A stretch of 64,000 bases of DNA. Source: Macrostomum lignano. Taxonomy: Eukaryota. The DNA lies in contig NIVC01000197.1 in NCBI GenBank assembly GCA_002269645.1, positions 124,001-188,000 of the forward strand, in the 5' to 3' direction. Below are positions 12,616-24,659 of the stretch, one piece after another (the stretch's first letter is position 1; every line of letters starts with the position of its first letter). The notes below the pieces were generated by a model. That model was given only the letters and a program-made list of their open reading frames with translations. It had not been told where the DNA came from and ran no database searches. A program made the position numbers and the translations under genes.

Positions 12616-13975
12616 GAGCGGAGAGGGAGAGGTGGGGTGGGTGTTGGGTGAGTGTGGAACGCCAGTGCGCACTAGCGTACTAGCACTGTACTAGCAATGA
12701 AGCTAGCTGAAAACACTGCACATCCGTGACTCATTTCTCGTATATTAATGTATGCTGGATGAAGACGGCTCTTTGTCTTTCCCAACTCTCCCAAAATTAA
12801 AAAACTCCTAGAACGCATTTCGTTTTAAGCTGCAAGGAATTGTATTCTTTAAAGAAACGCGTTTAATTCAACGTATAGTTTCTACTTTTTAATACATATC
12901 ATTTATCAAACTATTTGACTCAGTTGAATCTTTAAGATCTTCAGATTTATTCTTAATACGCTCGTAAGGCTTTCGTTATTTCTTTATTCCAAAGGTAAGC
13001 AAACGTTGGTTCTTAATTTGCATTGTACTCATTGTATTTTCTTTTATGTCTAGCTTATAATTGCAATATGCTAGGAATCTTATATTCTTCCAAAACCTTA
13101 AAGGTGGAAATATGGTCAAAGAAAAATAGTACAGGCGCAAGAAGTGAGGACGACTAGCCATCCATTTCGTTTCAAACGTAAAAGATTTTTAAAAAACAAA
13201 CTTAGCAAAGTAAGGTACTAAGCGAGATATTCTAAAATTGACAGACAGGCTAATTTCCTAATTCGCAGAATCGCTGAGTCCCAGTTTTCTAATTTCTATA
13301 GATTGGACTTGTCCTTTACCAGTTATCTTTATTTTCAGAATACTCGTATACTGCACCCGTTTGTAAATATTGTCAAAAAAGGCGGAAAAATAAATTTTGA
13401 ATTTCCGCACAAAGTTAAAAAATTAGGAATTTGAACAAAATTTAAATTCACGCGGATATTCAAAATCTCACGTTCGTTAAATTCTGGCAATCTGGCGCCC
13501 CCTTTGGCACTTCATTGGCCCTGAAATACTTGAATTGTGGTTGCTGTATGATCTTATTTCCTTTTCTAGTTTAGGAAGTCAAATAAAGAGTAAAGTAGTC
13601 AAATAAAGAGTAAAGTAGTCAAATAAATTGATCTTATGCTGGAGTACAAATAGATACTGAATGTTAGCATTTTAAGCAAAGCGATAATATTGTTTGGAAT
13701 TCTGTTTACACTAGAGCAAACTGATCTTTCGGACCCGCTCGTATTTAAGATAAAACTTTGAAAATAAAACAAAAATGGTAGAAAAGAAACAATTAAAAAG
13801 GGATAATAATTACCCAGTGTTGGGCACGATACTCAGAAAAAGTATCGGTTAAAAGCGATACTCTGATACCCTTTCTGAAAAAATATCGCCCTTCGATACA
13901 TATCGGCTGTTTTGTGATTTTAATTTACAGTTGCTCAGGTTGCACTAAACGCAATCCGCCGCAATCAACCCGCAG

Positions 13976-14945
13976 GTGACAGAATCCGCTGCCAGCAGAC
14001 CTCATGGCTGGCTAGCCGTGGTTTGGCTACTCGGGACGCTGTTCACCTCCCCTGCTGAACGAGGCCATCGCTGATTTTGTCCGCTAAGATGGCGTTCCGC
14101 GACGATGGCCGGCCGGCGGCCACGTTCTGATGCTTGGCGGCGCCGCCTAGTGAGTTATTGCATCCTACCACAACAGATGAGCACATTCCATCCATAATTG
14201 ACTCGTCTAAAACAAATAGCCCCAGTCGGAATCCATAAATCCTTATCTGATTACAACTGTATCGTAAATTCTGAATTGTACTTCTGAATTGTACTTCTGA
14301 ATTGTACTTCTGAATTGTACTTCTGAATTAACACCCCTCGTAAATTGAATTGCGAAGTATAAAAGTTCAGTAAAACAGAAATACTGAAGTATACTGAACT
14401 GACTAAAAATGACACTTTTAAAATATTTCGCAACAGCTGTAGCCAGGGGCGCGGATTTAGGGGTCTGGTGGGAGCGCCACTCCTCCCAGCGCTCCCTAGG
14501 AACTTTTATTACCTGGATACCTAGGTACTTCTTCCTAGGTACTAGAATTTACCTTGGCTAGTAATCGACATACTGATTTACTTTGCTAAAATTCTACAGT
14601 TTTTGACGCAAGCAAGGCTGGGCCGTTAAATCATTGATGAAACAAGTTACAACCTTAGAAACTGTAAATTAATATCACAAAACAGCCGACATGTATCGAA
14701 GCAACGAAACCAACCAGTCAAAAACACATTTTGCACTCTCATCCAGATTCTGCCCGATCGCTACGAGGGCTTCTAGCGCGCTCTGCCGTTGCCGGAGTGC
14801 AGAGGGCGAGATTGCCGCCTGGCCACTCGGCTGCCGGCATTCTTTGTCCAGCCGGACCTGGAGCCCAGGATGTACAACGCCTATGGCCTGGCCGCTGCGA
14901 TGTCATAGGGGCACCACAAACCTGCACTTGGATATCGCCTGGATA
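13976..14945 (+). pseudogene. KDM3-like: KDM3/JMJD1-type JmjC histone demethylase pseudogene fragments
   Basis: From acceptor ag|14747: [47 protein letters not shown], then GTTNLHLDI in a shifted frame. This matches KDM3 (LPLPEY..LASRLP.FV.PDLGPKMYNAYG..GTTNLHLD). Segment 13976-14149 (PHGWLA..LL..) weakly resembles the PHSWLCDGRLL region and has GT-AG flanks. Confidence 0.78.
14269..14329. repeat. 13-bp tandem repeat (~4.5 copies)
   Basis: (ttctgaattgtac)n. Confidence 0.9.
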
Positions 14946-15356
14946 CTTTGGTCACCATAGCAACATTAATAGAAAATGAGAAGCAGATGAATGTTTATTT
15001 AAAACCAGTTTGATTACTTTTATCCCAGATTTAGACTATGAAACACCCGATGGCCGATATGATACGAACTAAGTTTTGTTATTTTTCAGTTTCAACTGCT
15101 CCTGTCTTTTCGTGGTTCATATTTTCAGAATTTAACTAGCAATCTGCGCCCCCCTTGGGGAGCCAAAAAATGCAGTACGAGTTTTTTTAATAAACTACAT
15201 GTAGATTGTAGTGTCTCTTTGCAATAACCTCAGCAATCGCTTGTAAGCGTTGACATCTCAGCAATTCCTCCCCCCACAAGTCTTAACATATCAAACCCCC
15301 CCCCTTGAAATCTGAGCGATGACCCCCATAAGCCTTGAAATCTTAAAAAATCTGTC

Positions 15357-15388
15357 AACCCTAACCCTAACCCTAACCCTAACCCTAA
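15357..15388. repeat. Interstitial telomere-type repeat (CCCTAA)5
   Basis: aaccctaaccctaaccctaaccctaaccctaa. Confidence 0.85.
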
Positions 15389-15879
15389 AGCATTGCCATT
15401 TTAGTAATTCTCCCCAAGAGTCATTATAACATTACAGCATTATAGCAATTCCTCCAAGCCTTGACATCGTAGCGATTCCCAAATGAATCTCCTAACTTCG
15501 ACATGACTCTTCTTTTATATCTACTTTCATCTGTTTAAAATGACGCTTCTTCTATTAGCGCCCCTCGTGGGGAACTAACAAAGAATGTAATAAAAAAGTG
15601 AATAAACTACATGTAGCTTCTGAATTTTACCTAGACATCTCAAAAATCCCTCATAAGCATTTACGAGTACATCTCAGTTATTCCCCGTGAGCCTTAACAT
15701 CTTAGTAATTCTCCTCAAGAGTCAAAGCACAGTTTCACGTGACTCTTCTTTTATTTTGAAATGACGCTACTTTTTGACATGACGCTTCTTTTTACATGAT
15801 GCTTATTGATTTTTACGTAATGCTTCTATTTTTTTACATTTTTTTACTTTTTTCATTTTTCCATAAAGCTCATTTTCTT

Positions 15880-16740
15880 TTCTACATGACGCCTCTGTTA
15901 TTTTTACCGGACGCTTTTATGATTTTTTACATGACGCTTCTATGATTGTTTACATGACGCTTATATGATTGTTTACATGACGCTTCTATGATTTTTTACA
16001 TGACGCTTCTATGATTGTTTACATGACGCTTCTATGATTTTTACATGACGCTTCTATGATTTTTACATGACGCTTCTATGATTTTTACATGACGCTTCTA
16101 TGATTTTTTACATGACGCTTCTATGATTGTTTACATGACGCTTATATGATTGTTTACATGACGCTTCTATGATTTTTTACATGACGCTTATATGATTGTT
16201 TACATGACGCTTATATGATTGTTTACATGACGCTTCTATGATTTTTTACATGACGCTTCTATGATTTTTACATGACGCTTCTATGATTTTTACATGACGC
16301 TTCTATGATTTTTTACATGACGCTTCTATGATTGTTTACATGACGCTTATATGATTGTTTACATGACGCTTCTATGATTTTTTACATGACGCTTTTATGA
16401 TTTTTTACACGATGCTTCTATGATTTTTACATGACGCTTATATGATTGTTTACATGACGCTTCTATGATTTTTACATGACGCTTCTATGATTTTTTACAT
16501 GACGCTTCTATGATTTTTTTACATGACGCTTATATGATTGTTTACATGACGCTTATATGATTGTTTACATGACGCTTCTATGATTTATTACATTATGCTT
16601 GTATGATTTTTACCGAACGCTTTTATGCTTTTTTACATGACGCTTCCATGATTGTTGACATGACGCTTCTATGATCGTTTACATGACGCTTCTATGATTG
16701 TTTGCATGACGCTTCTTTCATTTATACATGACGCTTCTTT
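15880..16740. repeat. 22-23-bp tandem array
   Basis: Unit catgacgcttctatgatt(t/g)ttta, ~35 copies with degenerate edges. Confidence 0.95.
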
Positions 16741-17030
16741 TTTTGCTTTTATTAGCTGTGTTTTGATATTAGAATACACATACAGGCGCAGTCCCAAGGC
16801 TTTTTGCCGAATTTTGCGGACACGTTTGTGGACAAGTCTGGCTTGAGTTTATGGTTTGACAGCCACTTTGACTTGTCATTTTCTTCTACCAAAAACCGAT
16901 TAAAGGCTTTCAAACCTTTCGATAAAAGGTGCCATAAATATTTATGCGAAGACTACATCTATATTTACTTGTATAGCTAAAGAAACTAGAACGTCAGAAG
17001 CTTCCCCTCACCATTCCCCTCTGAGGGATG

Positions 17031-18309
17031 TAGGGGTGTTCGGGGTTCGGGGTCGGGTCGGGTTTCGGGTCGGGTTTTGGTACCGGGTTCGGGGTTCGGG
17101 GTAGGTGTTCCGGGTCGGGTTCGGGGTTCGGGGTAGGGGTACCGGGTTCGGGGTTCGGGTCGGGTTTGGCCACCGGGTTTTCGGGGTTTTCGGGGTTTTG
17201 AACAATTTATCATTCTCAAGAGTATTTTCAAGCACTTTTTACTCCTTATGCAAAATCCACAATGCGAAAGATATGCATTGAGTTTCAGGTACAACTTAAG
17301 TTATATTTTACATACAATTTGAAACGGAAATATTGTAGCAGATAGAACCATGGATTCATTTACACTTTCTGGTAAATAAGGATTGTCGTTTTTCGACCCA
17401 TTCAGTCTTGCAGTTGATGATTTAAAAAATTACGTTCAGTAATAATTTTACATGTGCTACGTGTAACATGGTCTGAAATTCTGGATTGGATGAGGAAGCT
17501 TAAAATTTATAAATACACTATTATTCTCCACGCATCAGTCGCCAATAATCAATTATCACAATGATTACCTACTCATATCAGCATACAATTTTATGTAAAG
17601 ACGTCACTTTAGTTTTTACAAAGCAATTCTGTTATACCACTACTGACTTACTGTTAACTGTAGTCGAAAGTATAAATAAATAAATATTTGTGATTAACTC
17701 CCCTGTTTCATTGTATCATTGTTTTATCTGTGCTATCTCTTTATCGCTCTAGTTCTATCTCTACTGATATCTACACTACAGGGTATATAATCTAACTTTA
17801 TTGTACTCTATTTTTGCAGCTTAAATAAACTCATAGATGCAATATTACTAAGAAAGCAATTTCGTTGTAAGTATAGGTACGAAATGGTCCTGATTTTAGT
17901 TGTGACCTTTCATGTATCTTACTATTAGATCTTGGGTCTTGGTATTCCTTCCATCTCAACCCCAATCCCATTGCAAGAAGTGTTTCATTTTTCTTTTCCT
18001 AGTTGTAGAGTAGCTAAGGGAAATAAAACCACAAGGCTAAGTGGTTGAAGCTGTTAAGGCACATCTCAATATATAAAACTGAATTTGAAACTGAAATTCA
18101 AAACTGAAAACTGAATTTATTAAAATGATTGACCAAAATAAGCGTGAAAATGTTCGGGGTTACGTTCGGGGTCGGGTCGGGTTTTGGTACCGGGTTCGGG
18201 GTTCGGGGTTGGAAGAAATGTTCGGGACGGGGTTCGGGGTTCGGGGTAGGGGTACCGGGTTCGGGGTAAACCCCGAACCCCGAAAAAATGGCCGACCCGA
18301 ACACCCCTA
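17031..18309. mobile_element. Non-autonomous hAT element (1279 bp)
   Basis: 14-bp TIR TAGGGGTGTTCGGG / CCCGAACACCCCTA; perfect 8-bp TSD GAGGGATG at 17023-17030 and 18310-18317; subterminal (gggttcgg) repeats; AT-rich non-coding interior. Confidence 0.92.
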
Positions 18310-18334
18310 GAGGGATGTAAACAAGTGCATCTTA

Positions 18335-21300
18335 TCAGGGATAAGTAATTAGAAATCGTGGATTCGGATTCCAACATGAGGAATCAGGGATATGGAATTA
18401 GAAATCGTGGATTCGGATTCCAACATGAGGAACCAGGGATATAAATTTAGAAATCGTGGATTCGGATTCCGAAATGAGGAATCAGGGATAAGTAATTAGA
18501 AATCGTGGATTCAGATTCCAACATGAGGAATCAGGGATAAGTAATTAGAAATCGTGGATTCGGATTCCGAAATGAGGAATCAGGGATATGGAATTAAGAA
18601 TCGTGGATTCAGATTCCAACATGAGGAATCAGGGATATGGATTTAGGAATTGTGGATTCGGATTCCAACATGAGGAATCAGGGATATGGATTTAGGAATT
18701 GTGGATTCGGGTTCCAAAACGAGGAATCAGGGATATGGAATTAGAAATTGTGGATTCGGATTCCAACATGAGGAATCGGGGATATGGAATTAAGAATCGT
18801 GGATTCGGGTTCCAAAACGAGGAATAAGGGATAGGGATTCGGAATCGGGGATTGAGATAAAAAAATGAGCTTCTCACGGTTCTATGATAGCTGGCAGTCT
18901 TTCAAACATTTAGAAAAAGGTGCCATAAGCTCCTCTCTGCCTTATGAATTATGATATCTGACCCAGTCTTTCAAGTTTCTTGCAAAAGGTGCCATATGCT
19001 TTTCTGGGAAAGGGAACTAAAAATCGTGGATTCGGATTCCAAAATGAGGAATCGGAAAATGGAATTAGAAATTGTGGATTCGGGTTCCAAAATGAGGAAT
19101 CGGGGATATGGAATTAAGAATCGTGGATTCGGATTCCAAAATGAGGAATCGGGGATATGGAATTAGAAATTGTGGATTCGGGTTCCAAAATGAGGAATCG
19201 GGGATATGGAATTAAGAATCGTGGATTCGGATTCCAAAATGAGGAATCGGGGATATGGAATTAAGAATCGTGGATTCAGATTCCAACATGAGGAATCAGG
19301 GATATGGATTTAGGAATTGTGGATTCGGATTCCAACATGAGGAATCAGGGATATGGATTTAGGAATTGTGGATTCGGATTCCAACATGAGGAATCAGGGA
19401 TATGGATTTAGGAATTGTGGATTCGGGTTCCAAAACGAGGAATCAGGGATATGGAATTAGAAATTGTGGATTCGGATTCCAACATGAGGAATCAGGGATA
19501 TGGATTTAGGAATCGTGGATTCGGGTTCCAAAACGAGGAATAAGGGATAGGGATTCGGAATCGGGGATTGAGATAAAAAAATGAGCTTCTCACGGTTCTA
19601 TGATAGCTGGCAGTCTTTCAAACATTTAGAAAAAGGTGCCATAAGCTCCTCTCTGCCTTATGAATTATGATATCTGACCCAGTCTTTCAAGTTTCTTGCA
19701 AAAGGTGCCATATGCTTTTCTGGGAAAGGGAACTAAAAATCGTGGATTCGGATTCCAAAATGAGGAATCGGAAAATGGAATTAGAAATTGTGGATTCGGG
19801 TTCCAAAATGAGGAATCGGGGATATGGAATTAAGAATCGTGGATTCGGATTCCAAAGTGAGGAATCGGGGATATGGAATTAGAAATTGTGGATTCGGGTT
19901 CCAAAATGAGGAATCGGGGATATGGAATTAGAAATTGTGGATTCGGGTTCCAAAATGAGGAATCGGGGATATGGAATTAAGAATCGTGGATTCGGATTCC
20001 AAAATGAGGAATCGGGGATATGGAATTAAGAATCGTGGATTCAGATTCCAACATGAGGAATCGGGGATATGGAATTAAGAATCGTGGATTCGGATTCCAA
20101 AATGAGGAATCGGGGATAGGGATTCGGAATCGGGGATTGAGATTAAAAAATGAGCTTCTCACGGTTCTATGATAGCTGGCAGTCTTTCAAACATTTAGAA
20201 AAAGGTGCCATAAGCTCCTCTCTGCCTTATGAATTATGATAGACGATCCAGTCTTTCAAGTTTCTTGCAAAAGGTGCCATATGCCCTTCTGGAAAGGGAA
20301 TTAAGAATCGTGGATTCGGATTCCAACATGAGGAATCAGGGATATGGAATTAAGAATCGTGGATTCGGGTTCCAAAATGAGGAATCGGGGATATGGAATT
20401 AAGAATCGTGGATTCGGATTCCAAAATGAGGAATCGGGGATATGGAATTAGAAATTGTGGATTCGGGTTCCAAAATGAGGAATCGGGGATATGGAATTAA
20501 GAATCGTGGATTCGGATTCCAAAATGAGGAATCGGGGATATGGAATTAAGAATCGTGGATTCAGATTCCAACATGAGGAATCAGGGATATGGATTTAGGA
20601 ATTGTGGATTCGGATTCCAACATGAGGAATCAGGGATATGGATTTAGGAATTGTGGATTCGGATTCCAACATGAGGAATCAGGGATATGGATTTAGGAAT
20701 TGTGGATTCGGGTTCCAAAACGAGGAATCAGGGATATGGAATTAGAAATTGTGGATTCGGATTCCAACATGAGGAATCAGGGATATGGATTTAGGAATCG
20801 TGGATTCGGGTTCCAAAACGAGGAATAAGGGATAGGGATTCGGAATCGGGGATTGAGATAAAAAAATGAGCTTCTCACGGTTCTATGATAGCTGGCAGTC
20901 TTTCAAACATTTAGAAAAAGGTGCCATAAGCTCCTCTCTGCCTTATGAATTATGATATCTGACCCAGTCTTTCAAGTTTCTTGCAAAAGGTGCCATATGC
21001 TTTTCTGGGAAAGGGAACTAAAAATCGTGGATTCGGATTCCAAAATGAGGAATCGGAAAATGGAATTAGAAATTGTGGATTCGGGTTCCAAAATGAGGAA
21101 TCGGGGATATGGAATTAAGAATCGTGGATTCGGATTCCAAAGTGAGGAATCGGGGATATGGAATTAGAAATTGTGGATTCGGGTTCCAAAATGAGGAATC
21201 GGGGATATGGAATTAGAAATTGTGGATTCGGGTTCCAAAATGAGGAATCGGGGATATGGAATTAAGAATCGTGGATTCGGATTCCAAAATGAGGAATCGG

Positions 21301-23470
21301 GGATATGGAATTAAGAATCGTGGATTCAGATTCCAACATGAGGAATCGGGGATATGGAATTAAGAATCGTGGATTCGGATTCCAAAATGAGGAATCGGGA
21401 TAGGGATTCGGAATCGGGGATTGAGATTAAAAAATGAGCTTCTCACGGTTCTATGATAGCTGGCAGTCTTTCAAACATTTAGAAAAAGGTGCCATAAGCT
21501 CCTCTCTGCCTTATGAATTATGATAGACGATCCAGTCTTTCAAGTTTCTTGCAAAAGGTGCCATATGCCCTTCTGGAAAGGGAATTAAGAATCGTGGATT
21601 CGGATTCCAACATGAGGAATCAGGGATATGGAATTAGGAATCGTGGATTCGGGTTCCAAAACGAGGAATAAGGGATAGGGATTCGGAATCGGGGATTGAG
21701 ATTAAAAAATGAGCTTCTCACGGTTCTATGATAGCTGGCAGTCTTTCAAACATTTAGAAAAAGGTGCCATAATAAGCTCCTCTCTGCCTTATGAATTATG
21801 ATAGATGATCCAGTCTTTCAAACATTTAGAAAAAGGTGCCATAAGCTCCTCTCTGCCTTATGAATTATGATATCTGACCCAGTCTTTCAAGTTTCTTGCA
21901 AAAGGTGCCATATGCCCTTCTGGAAAGGGAATTAAGAATCGTGGATTCGGATTCCAACATGAGGAATCAGGGATATTGAATTAGGAATCGTGGATTCGGA
22001 TTCCAACATGAGGAATCAGGGATATGGATTTAGGAATTGTGGATTCGGATTCCAAAATGAGGAATCGGGGATATGGAATTAGGAATCGTGGATTCAGATT
22101 CCAACATGAGGAATCAGGGATATGGAATTAGAAATTGTGGATTCGGGTTCCAAAATGAGGAATCAGGGATATGGAATTAGAAATTGTGGATTCGGGTTCC
22201 AAAATGAGGAATCAGGGATATGGAATTAGAAATTGTGGATTCGGATTCCAACATGAGGAATCAGGGATATGGATTTAGGAATCGTGGATTCGGGTTCCAA
22301 AACGAGGAATAAGGGATAGGGATTCGGAATCGGGGATTGAGATTAAAAAATGAGCTTCTCACGGTTCTATGATAGCTGGCGGTCTTTCAAACATTTAGAA
22401 AAAGGTGCCATAATAAGCTCCTCTCTGCCTTATGAATTATGATAAATGATCCAGTCTTTCAAACATTTAGAAAAAGGTGCCATAATAAGCTCCTCTCTGC
22501 CTTATGAATTATGATAAATGATCCAGTCTTTCAAACATTTAGAAAAAGGTGCCATAAGCTCCTCTCTGCCTTATGAATTATGATATCTGACCCAGTCTTT
22601 CAAGGTTCTTGCAAAAGGTGCCATATGCCCTTCTGGAAAGGGAATTAAGAATCGTGGATTCGGATTCCAACATGAGGAATCAGGGATAGGGATTTAGGAA
22701 TTGTGGATTCGGATTCCAAAATGAGGAATCAGGGATAGGGATTTAGGAATTGTGGATTCGGATTCCAACATGAGGAATCAGGGATATGGAATTAGAAATT
22801 GTGGATTCGGGTTCCAAAATGAGGAATCAGGGATATGGAATTAGAAATTGTGGATTCGGGTTCCAAAATGAGGAATCAGGGATATGGAATTAGAAATTGT
22901 GGATTCGGATTCCAACATGAGGAATCAGGGATATGGATTTAGGAATCGTGGATTCGGGTTCCAAAACGAGGAATAAGGGATAGGGATTCGGAATCGGGGA
23001 TTGAGATTAAAAAATGAGCTTCTCACGGTTCTATGATAGCTGGCAGTCTTTCAAACATTTAGAAAAAGGTGCCATAACAAGCTCCTCTCTGCCTTATGAA
23101 TTATGATAGATGATCCAGTCTTTCAAACGTTTAGAAAAAGGTGCCATAAGCTCCTCTCTGCCTTATGAATTATGATAAATGATCCAGTCTTTCAAACATT
23201 TAGAAAAAGGTGCCATAAGCTCCTCTCTGCCTTATGAATTATGATAAATGATCCAGTCTTTCAAACATTTAGAAAAAGGTGCCATAAGCTCCTCTCTGCC
23301 TTATGAATTATGATAAATGATCCAGTCTTTCAAACATTTAGAAAAAGGTGCCATAAGCTCCTCTCTGCCTTATGAATTATGATATCTGACCCAGTCTTTC
23401 AAGTTTCTCGCAAAAGGTGCCATATGCCTTTCTGGGAAAGGGAATTAAGAATCGTGGATTGAGATTAAAA
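18335..23470. repeat. Higher-order satellite: 49-bp monomers interrupted by a recurrent ~170-bp block
   Basis: Monomer gaattagaaatcgtggattcggattccaacatgaggaatcagggatatg. The block marker gagcttctcacggttctatga occurs at 18867, 19583, 20152, 20868, 21436, 21711, 22352 and 23016. Confidence 0.95.
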
Positions 23471-24174
23471 ATGAGCTTTTCTAGGTTCTATGATTTCTGG
23501 CAGTCTTGCAAACATTTAGACATTCAAACATTAAACATCAAATATTGTTTCAAACATTATATATACTACACCTTGTGGGATTACACGCAGGTGCGGTTTT
23601 AGTTGGGGGGGGGGTTAAAGGCCTATTCAAAGGCTTAATAAACTTCATTAGGAAGATTTCCGTCTGCGAAAACTCTGATTCCCGCCCTCATGCGACCTAT
23701 CTCCCCCCCTCCCCCCCTACTCCTGTAGGTTAGGGTGATGAAAGATCAGAAGAGTGATATACTTTAAAGGAGAGGATCGCGAGATAGGACAATAGGTAGA
23801 GATACAGACTACCTATAGGGTAGGACGAGAGTAGCATGACTGAATGGCCTGGAGGAAGGTGATAAAAAGCGATAAAAGCGATATGGGCGATTCTGTGTGG
23901 CAACATAACTCATCACTAACAGTGCATCGAGTGGGTTAAAGATTAAGACAAAGGCATTACACAATTAAGTAGTAAAAGTAAATCATAAGTTAATTATAAT
24001 AACTTCGTAAATCTCAGCAACATCGAAAAGTCGCCATCACAGAAGTCTGTGGTCGTCACTTTTGAAAGTGCAGGTGAAGTCTCTCAATCTTTGCGAGTGA
24101 CGCAACGCCACGCGGCAGACTTGAGTTGAGGAATGAAGTGGGGGAGCGGTGTGCGAGGGTTGAACGGATTAAAG

Positions 24175-24373
24175 CAGCGGTTCTCAACCTTTTTTCAGGC
24201 GACCCCAATTTATTCACTTGCATCATTTTTAATGTTCGCGACCCCTTTTAAAATTAATATACATGTAATGCATTATTATGTATGACAAACTCACACATTT
24301 CTTCGTGCTGCGACCCCCAGAAAATGGTCACGCAACCCCACTGGGGTCGCGACCCATAGATTGAGAACCACTG
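24175..24373. mobile_element. hAT-Charlie-type MITE (199 bp)
   Basis: TIR cagcggttctcaac / ttgagaaccactg; perfect 8-bp TSD GATTAAAG at 24167-24174 and 24374-24381; internal ggggtcgcgaccc palindrome. Confidence 0.92.
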
Positions 24374-24659
24374 GATTAAAGCTACCTTGATTAGTTTATA
24401 TCATATCTTTTATTTATAATATTTTAACTCACTCACTAATAATATATTACTCTCTGGCGCATAGAGTGGCGACTTTTCAATGTTGCTGAGTAACGATATT
24501 TAGTAGATCCTGAACTCTGAGCAAACAGTGATCTAGATGGAGTATACCTAATTGAAAAATAATCAATAACAAAACAATCAACAATAACAAGTCCGAAAAT
24601 GACACTTTTGATTTTTATAGTGCCAAATAGATATAAATCTGCGCTGATCCCTGAAGTCA

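Noticed and set aside
13490-15575. Three gcgcccc..tgg motifs resembling CTCF sites (~13494, ~15146, ~15558)
   Set aside because: Imperfect matches, and such motifs are common in transposon ends; not supportable from sequence alone.
18335-23470. CRISPR-like alternation of repeats and spacers
   Set aside because: The spacers are themselves near-identical repeats, the context is eukaryotic, and there are no cas genes; this is a higher-order satellite.
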